Positions 19,976-28,713 of a stretch of DNA of 64,000 nucleotides are shown here, in pieces; position 1 is the stretch's first letter; every line of letters begins with the position of its first letter. The notes beneath the pieces are model-generated. The model had not been told where the DNA came from, searched no databases, and was given only the letters and a program-made list of their open reading frames with translations. A program made the position numbers and the translations under genes. Source of the DNA: Candidatus Altimarinota bacterium (GTDB taxonomy: Bacteria > Patescibacteriota > Gracilibacteria > JBDHUY01); assembly GCA_039809385.1 (NCBI GenBank), contig JBDHUY010000006.1:43528-107527 (forward strand), in the 5' to 3' direction.

Positions 19976-20479
19976 ATAAAACAGCTACGTATTAACCAGC
20001 AGATCCGGCAACCATCGGTAACGTTGGTCGAAGAATCGGGCGAAATACGCACAATTTCTCTGGAAGAAGCTCTAAGCAGTGCCGAAAGCCAGGGGCTAGA
20101 TCTGGTAGAAGTAGACGGAACCAAAACGCCGCCAATCGTAAAAATCATGGATTATGGCAAGTTTCTGTATAAGCAGCGCAAACTCGAAACCAAGAATAAA
20201 AAAATGCAGAAACAGGTCGAGGTAAAAAGCGTACGGATCGGATTTGGAACCGGCGAGCACGATTTGGTGGTCAAGGAAAAACAGATCCACCGCTTTATCG
20301 AGAAACGTAACCAGGTACGCGTATTTCTGGTCATGAAAGGGCGCGAGATGAGCCATCTGGATCTGGCCAAGGAGAAACTGCGCGATTTTTCCCAAAGGTT
20401 CGAAGATATCTGCAAAATCGAGATTGAGAATACGAAACAGAACAACAAACTTGCCGTTTTGCTCACCCCGCTCAAATAG
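19976..20479 (+). CDS. infC: Translation initiation factor IF-3 (non-canonical start)
   Basis: RIN.QIR, GLDLVEV, PP.VKIMDYGKF.Y, HDL..K, KGRE. No ATG/GTG/TTG lies between the promoter and the conserved N-terminus; the likely start is ATA at 19976 (or ATT at 19991). Confidence 0.92.
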   Translation: MKQLRINQQIRQPSVTLVEESGEIRTISLEEALSSAESQGLDLVEVDGTKTPPIVKIMDYGKFLYKQRKLETKNKKMQKQVEVKSVRIGFGTGEHDLVVKEKQIHRFIEKRNQVRVFLVMKGREMSHLDLAKEKLRDFSQRFEDICKIEIENTKQNNKLAVLLTPLK

Positions 20480-20567
20480 CTTCATATCGATTTCCCAAGG
20501 GAGAGAAACACATCACTCAGTAAAATATCTCATCATTCATCCTTTATCATTCATCCTTTATCATTTC

Positions 20568-20768
20568 ATGAAATTGAAAACCCACAGTTCAACCAAAAAA
20601 CGCGTTCGGATTACCGGAACAGGCAAAATCCGCGTATCCAAGTCCACAAAACAGCATTTATTGATCAACAAGTCGTCCAAGGCAAAACGGTCAAACCAGA
20701 GCTCACACGGTAAAATTTTGGATAAAACTCTCGAGAACCGCGCGCATCGCTTGTTGCCGTATGCTTAA
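20568..20768 (+). CDS. rpmI: 50S ribosomal protein L35
   Basis: MKLKTHSSTKKRVRITGTGK...HLL..KS.K.KR...LLPY, between infC and rplT. Confidence 0.93.
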   Translation: MKLKTHSSTKKRVRITGTGKIRVSKSTKQHLLINKSSKAKRSNQSSHGKILDKTLENRAHRLLPYA

Positions 20769-20805
20769 AATCACTATTCATTTTATTCATCAATAATTTT
20801 ACGCC

Positions 20806-21150
20806 ATGACCCGTATTAAACGAGGAGTAATGACGCACAAGCGTCACAAAAAGATTTTAAAAGCCGCCAAAGGTTTTCAGGGACGCCAGCGTACTAATTT
20901 TAAGCTCGCAAAAGCCGCTACCCTCAAAGCAAAAATTCATGCCTATCGCGATCGTAAACTGAAAAAGCGTACCTTTCGCAGTTTGTGGATCACCCGCCTC
21001 TCGGCTGCCGCAAAAATGCACGGACTCAACTACAGCCTGCTAGTAAAACAGATGAAAGAAAAAAGTATGCTGCTAGACCGCAAAGTCTTGTCGAATATTG
21101 CCGCCATGTATCCGGAAGTGTTTGGCAAAATCATAGAAGGCCTCAAATAG
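20806..21150 (+). CDS. rplT: 50S ribosomal protein L20
   Basis: MTRIKRG...KILK.AKGF.G, AYRDRK.KKR.FRSLWI.R, LDRKVLS. Confidence 0.97.
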   Translation: MTRIKRGVMTHKRHKKILKAAKGFQGRQRTNFKLAKAATLKAKIHAYRDRKLKKRTFRSLWITRLSAAAKMHGLNYSLLVKQMKEKSMLLDRKVLSNIAAMYPEVFGKIIEGLK

Positions 21151-21179
21151 AAAAAGTCGAATTATTGTAACTATAATAA

Positions 21180-21212
21180 AAAAAGAGTCCCGCCTGTGGC
21201 GGGACTCTTTTT
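21180..21212 (+). terminator. Rho-independent terminator
   Basis: aaaaagagtcccgcc-tgt-ggcgggactcttttt. Confidence 0.85.
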
Positions 21213-21231
21213 AGTTCTAACTCAAGGATGA

Positions 21232-21308
21232 TACCGGGAATAGCCCGATTATTTAAAACTACCGGGAATCCCGGTAGTTTGACAAAATACCCAACTTCCC
21301 GGTAAAAT
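21232..21308 (+). promoter_or_regulatory. Promoter with repeated TACCGGGAA boxes
   Basis: TTGACA-18-TAAAAT, overlapped by four copies of TACCGGGA(A) in both orientations, two of which form the palindrome aaactaccggga-a-tcccggtagttt. Confidence 0.55.
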
Positions 21309-21330
21309 AGTAACGAATTCTACAAAAAAT

Positions 21331-22293
21331 ATGAAGATTCATATACCAAACAGTGCTTTTTTGGGGAACATCAATCCTTTTCTGTATGGCTTCGATCCTA
21401 CCCAACCGGAAACTCTGGAATTGACAACAAATAAAAAATGGATGTCAGTTCATCCTATCGTTTTATGCATGATTACTGCGCTGGGGATACCCCTTATTCA
21501 GGGAAACATTCGGTGCGATACACTCGAAGCCAAATCAAAACACTACCTGGAAAGAATGGGACTCTTTAAATTTTTAAACATCGATTCGGGGATAAAGATT
21601 CAAGAACATGAGCTGGCCGGAAGGTTTATCCCGCTGACACAAATCGAAAATTCAGACCAGCTAAGCCATTTTATCCAGGATATGACGCCACTCCTTCACC
21701 TGGAGCCAAAGCAGGCTGAACCAATACGATATATTATGAGTGAACTGATTAGGAATGTGCTGGAACATTCGTTATCCAAGTATGGTGCGATAGTTTCCGC
21801 ACAATATCACGATAAGAGCAAAACGGTGCGCATTGGAATTGCAGATACAGGAATTGGCATATATAACAGCATAAAAAGATCCCATTATGTGATGAGCGAT
21901 ATGGAGGCTCTGCAGTTGGCGTTGACGCCCGGTATTACCGGAACAACCGCACGCGAAGGCGGGACGGACTATAACGCAGGGGCCGGATTGTTCTTTATCA
22001 AATCGATTGCGGTCATAAATCGCGATTTCTTTGTTTTATATAGTGGAAAGGCGCTTTATAAGCTGCTCAAACGTCGCGAAGAAGTAGTACGTCTCTATGC
22101 CGATCCTCTCAAAGATCGACATAGCAAGGCCGAAAATATGCCATACTGGCAAGGAACACTCGTCGGGATTGATATTTCTCTGGAAAACCTGCAGCAATTT
22201 CCGATATTGCTGGAAATGATCAACAAAACATATAGCAAGACCATTCAGGAGAGAAGAAAAGCGCAATATAAACAACCACGTTTTATTCCATAG
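21331..22293 (+). CDS. HATPase_c (GHKL) anti-sigma-kinase-like ATP-binding protein
   Basis: SELIRNVLEHS (N box), IADTGIGI (G1), NAGAGLF (G2), WQGT.V. Confidence 0.85.
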   Translation: MKIHIPNSAFLGNINPFLYGFDPTQPETLELTTNKKWMSVHPIVLCMITALGIPLIQGNIRCDTLEAKSKHYLERMGLFKFLNIDSGIKIQEHELAGRFIPLTQIENSDQLSHFIQDMTPLLHLEPKQAEPIRYIMSELIRNVLEHSLSKYGAIVSAQYHDKSKTVRIGIADTGIGIYNSIKRSHYVMSDMEALQLALTPGITGTTAREGGTDYNAGAGLFFIKSIAVINRDFFVLYSGKALYKLLKRREEVVRLYADPLKDRHSKAENMPYWQGTLVGIDISLENLQQFPILLEMINKTYSKTIQERRKAQYKQPRFIP

Positions 22294-22304
22294 ACTCGTT
22301 CATC

Positions 22305-22595
22305 ATGAGTACCGTAAAAATATTCCCTCTCACCGGCACGTTTGCAGAGAACAAAGATACTGCCAAGATCATACGACTTGACCAAATCATTCCTGCTCTT
22401 TCAAAAGGAGATAGCGTTATTTTGGATTTTGAAAAGATTGACGGAGTAACCCAGTCTTTTATGCATGTGTTGATTAGCGACCTGATTCGGTTATATGGTC
22501 CGGGAGTTATCGATAAAATAAGCTTCAAAGCCTGCAACGAGACAGTTCAGAAAATCGTTACTATAGTGATAAACTATATGCAGGAAAGTCTATAG
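22305..22595 (+). CDS. STAS-like (DUF4325-type) protein
   Basis: VILDFEKID..TQSF...LI, immediately after the HATPase gene. Confidence 0.8.
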   Translation: MSTVKIFPLTGTFAENKDTAKIIRLDQIIPALSKGDSVILDFEKIDGVTQSFMHVLISDLIRLYGPGVIDKISFKACNETVQKIVTIVINYMQESL

Positions 22596-22602
22596 AACAG
22601 AC

Positions 22603-23154
22603 TTACCGACGATATGGACTTTTTTTGGTCCCGTGAGCCTTGAAGTTTTTCAGCAGGTATTTTTCCGGATGCTCATCTAAATCAAAAAAAGTATGGGCAA
22701 TCTCTTTGACCTTGGCCGAAGTACTTTTGCCAAAAGCAGCTATTTCGACCCGGCACCCCAGAAATTTGAGGTAATGCAGGAGTTCGCTGAAATCGCCGTC
22801 GCCGCTGCAGATGATCACCGTATCGAGTTTGGGAGCCTGTTTGATGGCATCCATGGCGATACCGACATCCCAGTCGGCTTTTTTCTGGCCGCCGTAAAAT
22901 ATCTGGAGGTCTTTGGTTTTTACCTCGATACCGATATTTTCGAGCGCTTCGAAAAAAGTCTGTTCCTGTGGATTTTCAGCTCGAACGGCATAGGCAATGG
23001 CCCGTACCAGGATCCGATCATGGACAATATCCTGAACGATCGCCTGAAAATTTACTTTTTTTCCGTAAATCGCCTGGGCCGAGTAATAGAGATTTTGCAC
23101 ATCGATAAATACCCCGACGCGCTGATGGGTTTGTAGTAGTGGTTTGGAAGTCAT
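22603..23154 (-). CDS. NYN-domain (LabA/DUF88) putative RNase
   Basis: VFIDVQNLY, KADWDVGIAMDAI, SGDGDF, GCRVE. Confidence 0.92.
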   Translation of the reverse strand: MTSKPLLQTHQRVGVFIDVQNLYYSAQAIYGKKVNFQAIVQDIVHDRILVRAIAYAVRAENPQEQTFFEALENIGIEVKTKDLQIFYGGQKKADWDVGIAMDAIKQAPKLDTVIICSGDGDFSELLHYLKFLGCRVEIAAFGKSTSAKVKEIAHTFFDLDEHPEKYLLKNFKAHGTKKSPYRR

Positions 23155-23157
23155 AAG

Positions 23158-23313
23158 AGAAAGTATGTAGTATAAGGTATTAGGTATAACGTATGGGACA
23201 AGGAGGAGCCAGTTGAGAGTGTGAAGAGAGAGAAGAAGAAAGAAACAAGAAAACAGTTAAAATTTGTTCTGTATCAAATCCTAGATTCTATATTCTAAAT
23301 TCTAGCTTCTGCC
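23158..23313. repeat. Intergenic heptamer/low-complexity repeat tracts
   Basis: agtatgt-agtataa-ggtatta-ggtataa, a purine tract, and (t)tctagat-tctatat-tctaaat-tctagct. Confidence 0.6.
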
Positions 23314-23330
23314 ATGATTCGTACTTCAAG

Positions 23331-24758
23331 TCAGGCAGATTTCGTTCGATTCGAAACCACAGCCAGGCGATTTTTTCTAGGAGCGGTGACAGAGAGTGAC
23401 TCAACCCGGGATTGCTCGTTCTCCAGCGTACCATAGAGCATCCAGGTTGACGTCTTGTGTACTCGGACGGTATAACGTTTACCGATGATAAGATGCGGAG
23501 CATGTTCAACAGTCAAGCGCTTCATCTCAAACGTATCGCCGACATACCCGTGTTCTGTATGCTCACGAATAAGCACCTCGACCAATTGGTTCTGATACGT
23601 CTGATTTTTACGCTCGACGATGGACTCCATGAGAATCTGTAGGGTATTCCAACGCTCTTTTTTGGTCTTTAAAGAGACCTGACCGGGCATACGCGCAGCC
23701 GGCGTATGCGAACGGGGAGAGTATATCGCGGTATAGGAAATGTCGAAATCGGCGTGCCCATACAGTTCGACGGTATGCTGGAATTGCTCATCGGTTTCGC
23801 CCGGGAAACCTACAATGATATCGGTTCCGAGTGCCATGGCGGGTTTCTTGGCTTTGATCTTGCCAACCAGATCCAGGAAATTCTGGCGGGTATAGCCGCG
23901 GTTCATGCGTTTGAGAACCGTATCGTCTCCGGCCTGAACCGGTAGATGCAGGTAATTGACCATGCACGGTAGAGTGAGCGCGTCGATCACTTCGTCACTC
24001 ATATCGCGCGGATGGGGTGCGGTAAAGTGCACCCAGGGGATACCGATTTGATTTATTTCCCACAACAGTGCGGCAAAATCGTCCCTGTAAGGATTTTGAG
24101 AACTCTTCCAGTCGTTATCTTCGGGATGATAGCTATTTACATTTTGGCCCAAGAGCGTAACAAGCTGATAATCGCGTTCTTTTAATGCACGGATTTCCTG
24201 CAAGACTTCGACGCCGGTCCGGCTCTTTTCACGCCCCCTGGAATAGGGTACGATACAGAAGGTGCAAAACTTGTTACAGCCGCTCATGATGGGCACAAAC
24301 GCTTCAAACGAGCTGGCATATTTTGACCCCAGCTTGAGATAGGCGACTGGCGAGTCGCTGGTAAGATCGTCGGTTACTTGTTCATAGCGCAGTTCGGTGA
24401 TTTTCTTAGGAAGATTTTCGATTTCGGAGATCGGAAAATACAGATCGACCATCGGCATACGTTTCCACAGCTTCTTTTTGGTGTCATGTCCGACCATGCA
24501 GCCGGTAACACCCAAGATCAGATGAGGTCTGGCTTCTTTCAATTTGCCATAATTGTGCATGAGTCCGTAGACGCGATCTTCGGCATTTTGGCGTACAGAA
24601 CAGGTATTTAGAATAATAATATCGGCCCGTTCGGGCTGATCAGTTTCAGACATATCGATCCCTTCCAGCACCAATTTGAGGCGTTCGGAATCGCTTTTAT
24701 TCATCTGACAGCCGAAGGTTTGGATGAAATAGTGTTGGGAGGAAGAGTTGGAATGCAT
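23331..24758 (-). CDS. miaB: tRNA methylthiotransferase MiaB
   Basis: TFGCQMN..DSE, NTCSVR..AE, GCNKFCTFCIVPYSRG.E.SR, LLGQNVNSY, DIIVGFPGET, C-terminal TRAM. Confidence 0.94.
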   Translation of the reverse strand: MHSNSSSQHYFIQTFGCQMNKSDSERLKLVLEGIDMSETDQPERADIIILNTCSVRQNAEDRVYGLMHNYGKLKEARPHLILGVTGCMVGHDTKKKLWKRMPMVDLYFPISEIENLPKKITELRYEQVTDDLTSDSPVAYLKLGSKYASSFEAFVPIMSGCNKFCTFCIVPYSRGREKSRTGVEVLQEIRALKERDYQLVTLLGQNVNSYHPEDNDWKSSQNPYRDDFAALLWEINQIGIPWVHFTAPHPRDMSDEVIDALTLPCMVNYLHLPVQAGDDTVLKRMNRGYTRQNFLDLVGKIKAKKPAMALGTDIIVGFPGETDEQFQHTVELYGHADFDISYTAIYSPRSHTPAARMPGQVSLKTKKERWNTLQILMESIVERKNQTYQNQLVEVLIREHTEHGYVGDTFEMKRLTVEHAPHLIIGKRYTVRVHKTSTWMLYGTLENEQSRVESLSVTAPRKNRLAVVSNRTKSA

Positions 24759-24992
24759 AGGAACATGAACCGATACCAATATACGAATGTATACTAATAC
24801 TACGGATTAAATACAAAACCCCAAGTCAAAATTATAGTCTACAGCCAGAAAGGTACAAAATAGTATTATTTCTCGATTCCGATGGTCAGGCATTTGCCCG
24901 GTATATTTGACTATCTTCGTTTTCAAGTATGCCATCTGAACTTTAGAGGTGAGTATAGTATCCTTTTACCAAAAATCACTCTATCAGGCACT

Positions 24993-25373
24993 TTACTTTG
25001 TATGAACATCTGTTCCAAAGACAAACCGAATCAATTGATTGGATAGAATGAGTTGGATATTTTTTCGTCTCTCATCATCTTTTTGAAGAGCCAATACCTT
25101 CAAGAGGCTTATGAAAAATTCCGATTGACTAGCCAAATGCGCCTCAAGATAATTACATACTTCCTGATTCAGTGATTGTTCCCAAAAATACTGTAAATAT
25201 ATCTTCTGGAATTTTTCATAGCATTCTTTCAGGACAATATCATTGGGCTGAGTGGAATCTGGATTGGACGAGTGCATCTGGGCAAATAGGGGTTGTAATA
25301 TCTCCACAAGACCATCTGATACACGTTTGACATCAACATCGGTGTTACCAGAAGCATCAGGGCTATTGTTCAT
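24993..25373 (-). CDS. Hypothetical protein
   Basis: 126-aa helical orphan ORF starting MNNSPD. Confidence 0.55.
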   Translation of the reverse strand: MNNSPDASGNTDVDVKRVSDGLVEILQPLFAQMHSSNPDSTQPNDIVLKECYEKFQKIYLQYFWEQSLNQEVCNYLEAHLASQSEFFISLLKVLALQKDDERRKNIQLILSNQLIRFVFGTDVHTK

Positions 25374-25514
25374 GGATACGGAAGAAAATAGTATTTTGGG
25401 CACTATTCTAGCAGTGTCAATATACATTGGCTATGGAAAATAAAATAATACGCCTTGGTTTGGCGAATTTCATAAAAGAATAGAATAGATAGATCACTAT
25501 TCCATTACCATCTA

Positions 25515-26006
25515 TTACGGAAGATCTTCCGTACAAGCCTTTTTCATGATATCCGAGGTAATCTTATCACAGATCGTCTTATCTTTTTTTTGTTTGGCGA
25601 GCGTTGAATAACAAGTCACGCGCAAAATGTCGTTGGCATCCTTTCCGATCTTTTCGCATACGCTTGGGTCAGTTTTCTTTACCGCCACATTTGTATAGCA
25701 AACTGCTTGTAAAGAGGAATCATTGCCAAACTTCGTATCACAAATACTGATATCACCCGAATTTCTGGCTTCATTGGACCAACAACCGGCTTCACAAAGT
25801 TGCTGTCCTTTACCAGTACTTCCTGTCAGAGCCTGGCATCCTGCCAGACAGGTATCGATATTTTGAACCGCTGCCTTCAGAGCGGTATTTTTTGCATCAT
25901 CCAAAGCCTTTGAGGCCGGACTACCGGAATAATTTGTCGGCCCGGTAGAAGTACAACCGGATACGATGGCCAGAAATAAAACTGCTGAAAAGAATAATTT
26001 ATGCAT
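25515..26006 (-). CDS. Cys-repeat lipoprotein
   Basis: Lipobox IVSGC; three repeats of C(Y/W)...A....D.S.C.K. Confidence 0.75.
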   Translation of the reverse strand: MHKLFFSAVLFLAIVSGCTSTGPTNYSGSPASKALDDAKNTALKAAVQNIDTCLAGCQALTGSTGKGQQLCEAGCWSNEARNSGDISICDTKFGNDSSLQAVCYTNVAVKKTDPSVCEKIGKDANDILRVTCYSTLAKQKKDKTICDKITSDIMKKACTEDLP

Positions 26007-26041
26007 ATACGGAGAAAAGGTAAAAGAGATAATGTTCTATT

Positions 26042-26422
26042 TCATGCGAAAAAATCGTCCAGTTCGTCCTGTTTTTCGGCAAACCCCCATCCTTCCACGA
26101 TTTTATGATTCACATCGAGGCGAAAGACATGCGCTCCGTCCATATCCACTCGTTTGCCTTTACGCTCTCCTCGAAAATGCACCGTCGCCACTACCAAATT
26201 TGTATTTTCCATAAGGTGTTTCACTTCGAATTCCCATCGATCAAGCGGCGCCATTTTGGCAGGCATTTCGGTAAAGTAAGCTTCGCCGCGGTAATTGCCC
26301 GAAACTGGATTGCTTCCCGGAACATGCCAGACGAAATCAGGAGCAAAATAGGAACGTTCCAGTTCGGATCCGCCATGGGAGAAAGCATCGTACAGACGTT
26401 GAACTGTTTCAAGGTAGTTCAT
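26042..26422 (-). CDS. SnoaL/NTF2-like protein
   Basis: V.RLYDAF..G, FAPD.VWHVPG..P.SG.YRG, HVFRL..KIVE.W, D.FF. Confidence 0.88.
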   Translation of the reverse strand: MNYLETVQRLYDAFSHGGSELERSYFAPDFVWHVPGSNPVSGNYRGEAYFTEMPAKMAPLDRWEFEVKHLMENTNLVVATVHFRGERKGKRVDMDGAHVFRLDVNHKIVEGWGFAEKQDELDDFFA

Positions 26423-26440
26423 AAAGAGAAGACTAAGAAG

Positions 26441-27073
26441 TTAGATGGTCTTGCTCTTGGTAGAAGGTCTCTTTTTGGGACTACGCTCCTCGAGTCTGAC
26501 CTGCAGACTGGCCAAAATACTGATACCGATCTGCATAGCCCATTCGCGTGCTTTTACATCGATATCGGCGCCGTGAGACGCGCGATTTAAGACCGATATC
26601 AAGTCATCCAAGATACCCCGTTCCTGAAAAGAGATCAGCTCGTAACGAGTGAGATAAGAAAGCAATTCCCGTATTTTTAAATACTGAACTTGTTCTTCTC
26701 CCTGTTCGTTTTTTTGGGCTATCAGGCGCAATTTCTTTTCGATTTCAATGCGCAAGCCGGTCAATGATAGGTTCGGATCTTGATTATAGATCTGACGAAA
26801 CGTATCCGAAACTTTATCCGTTTTTTTCTGCTGATGCGAATTGAGCAAACCGGCATGTCTGGCCTGTTCGGCTACATCTTCCAGTTCTTTGAACTCAATA
26901 CTGAGGTTGCCCCAGGCAAAGCTTTTGAGCAATGGATAAAACCACGGAAAGAGCGCAAACGCAAACAGAAAAATGGTTACCACGTCGATCGGTAGTTGCG
27001 GAAAGATGATCCGCAAGACAATGAGCAGAATCGCGATCAGACTGATCAACCAGGGAAACAGGGAACGGGACAT
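26441..27073 (-). CDS. Hypothetical membrane protein with a C-terminal helical (HEPN-like) domain
   Basis: Two N-terminal TMs (…LFPW…LKS), DP.L.L..LRIEIEK.L, and NRASHG. Confidence 0.7.
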   Translation of the reverse strand: MSRSLFPWLISLIAILLIVLRIIFPQLPIDVVTIFLFAFALFPWFYPLLKSFAWGNLSIEFKELEDVAEQARHAGLLNSHQQKKTDKVSDTFRQIYNQDPNLSLTGLRIEIEKKLRLIAQKNEQGEEQVQYLKIRELLSYLTRYELISFQERGILDDLISVLNRASHGADIDVKAREWAMQIGISILASLQVRLEERSPKKRPSTKSKTI

Positions 27074-27230
27074 GTTACAATCCGTAATTAAAGATGGACG
27101 GACCGATAGAGAAACGATATGTCGTCAGCATACCATACCCGTTGGCAGGGTTCAACCAAGAAAACCAATCAAAATAAACATATTTTCGGTCAACATAACA
27201 AGAAAAAATGCAACTATATCGCAGGAAGTC

Positions 27231-28319
27231 CTATAGTTCTGCTAAAATCTTTGCTAGGTTTTTACGTCCATTATCAGTCAGCAACTTGGTGTAAAGTTCG
27301 CATTGTGGCCATAATTGACGAAGCGTCATAATAAGAACAGTAGCATGCTGAAGGGAACCAACGTTGAGAGCATCAATGAGGTTCGATCGGAGGTTGGAAT
27401 AAATTGTCATTTCCTGGATATCAAATTGATGGTTACGGGAAAAGTGAATCCACTGCATCATGTCTTCCAAAGAAGCCTCTATATCAGGTCGTTTGAAGCT
27501 TACAGCCTTAAGGTTCGCATGTACTTTGTTGAGAAGCGCCATCTGAACAACCGTTCGAAAAGGAAATGGCGAATCATGGCGCATAACATGCAATATATAT
27601 TTCAGCGGCCCCGGAATTTTATACTCCGTTTCTGCGGAAACCAGACAGAACCAGAATTGAAGATCGTCCTTTTTCCCCAGGTTAATGAGCACATTAAGCA
27701 ATGTCCCGTAATGATAGTGGACATACGCCAGGAGAAAATTCGTCAATCTTAAGGGGATGTTCCCTTCCAGTGCTTGTCGAAGTATCAAAAAAAAGTCTTC
27801 GTATTGCGGCGGATCGCTCACAAATCGATGGTGCAGCTCATTCTCAAAGAATCTGGCCTTCGCTTGGTCAGCGTAACGGGACATTCGTTGCAGAATAATA
27901 TCTTGTTTGAATGCTTCAAAAAAAGAATCGATCGTGGCTGATGCAGCTTGTATAGCTTCTAGCAAGATTGAAGCATGGTGCTGTTGATTCAGCTGAAGCA
28001 TGTGCAATTTGGTTGTAAGAAAATCTTCTACGTCAAACTTTACGTCGAGGCACCGGGAGTTAATGTCCACAAGGGCATGAAACTGGGCGCAGATATTTTT
28101 ATAATAATCCGATAGGGCAAACGACTTTCCACCATGACTATGAAAACCTTCATGTCTTGGATTTTTGTGATACTGATAGAAAAGTTCGATATACGAACTT
28201 AAAACCTTCAGACATTGTTCATATTCCTTGTAGATTTTTTCCCGTTCCGAATCATGCCTATTTGAGGTGACCGGCAACGTAAAATGGTCGCCTTCGAAAG
28301 GATCTGGTACATCAGCCAT
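27231..28319 (-). CDS. Hypothetical protein
   Basis: 362-aa helical orphan ORF with an upstream TTGACA-16-TAGCAT. Confidence 0.7.
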   Translation of the reverse strand: MADVPDPFEGDHFTLPVTSNRHDSEREKIYKEYEQCLKVLSSYIELFYQYHKNPRHEGFHSHGGKSFALSDYYKNICAQFHALVDINSRCLDVKFDVEDFLTTKLHMLQLNQQHHASILLEAIQAASATIDSFFEAFKQDIILQRMSRYADQAKARFFENELHHRFVSDPPQYEDFFLILRQALEGNIPLRLTNFLLAYVHYHYGTLLNVLINLGKKDDLQFWFCLVSAETEYKIPGPLKYILHVMRHDSPFPFRTVVQMALLNKVHANLKAVSFKRPDIEASLEDMMQWIHFSRNHQFDIQEMTIYSNLRSNLIDALNVGSLQHATVLIMTLRQLWPQCELYTKLLTDNGRKNLAKILAEL

Positions 28320-28574
28320 GAAAAGTATGGTTTTCTTTAGAAAAAAGCGCCACTATGCTAACAGTCATTTATAAAATGTCAAACCATACTTTCGATTATT
28401 TTTCCTTACATTGTTAAAGTAAATCGGATTATAGTCTCTATCAGTGTCACGAGTCTTTGTCATTCTGAAAACTCTAAAAAAAGCGTAGAAATAACATCAC
28501 AACAGATAAGATACGGTAAAGATTTACAGCGAATAATAGCCAAGTAAGCAGGAAGAGAAACAGAGAACTTTAAT

Positions 28575-28609
28575 TTTACACCTTCCCGGCTTGATAGTAT
28601 GATCAAGCC
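28575..28609 (+). promoter_or_regulatory. crtI promoter with overlapping palindrome
   Basis: TTTACA-17-TATGAT; ggcttgat-N6-atcaagcc straddles the -10. Confidence 0.5.
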
Positions 28610-28713
28610 TGGCCATACTCATGGGCCGCAGACACAAAGAACATGGCTATGCTGGCAATACAGCAGAAAAAGAGATATCAGCTCGTTTACTTCTTTCTCC
28701 AATAGAAATTCCG

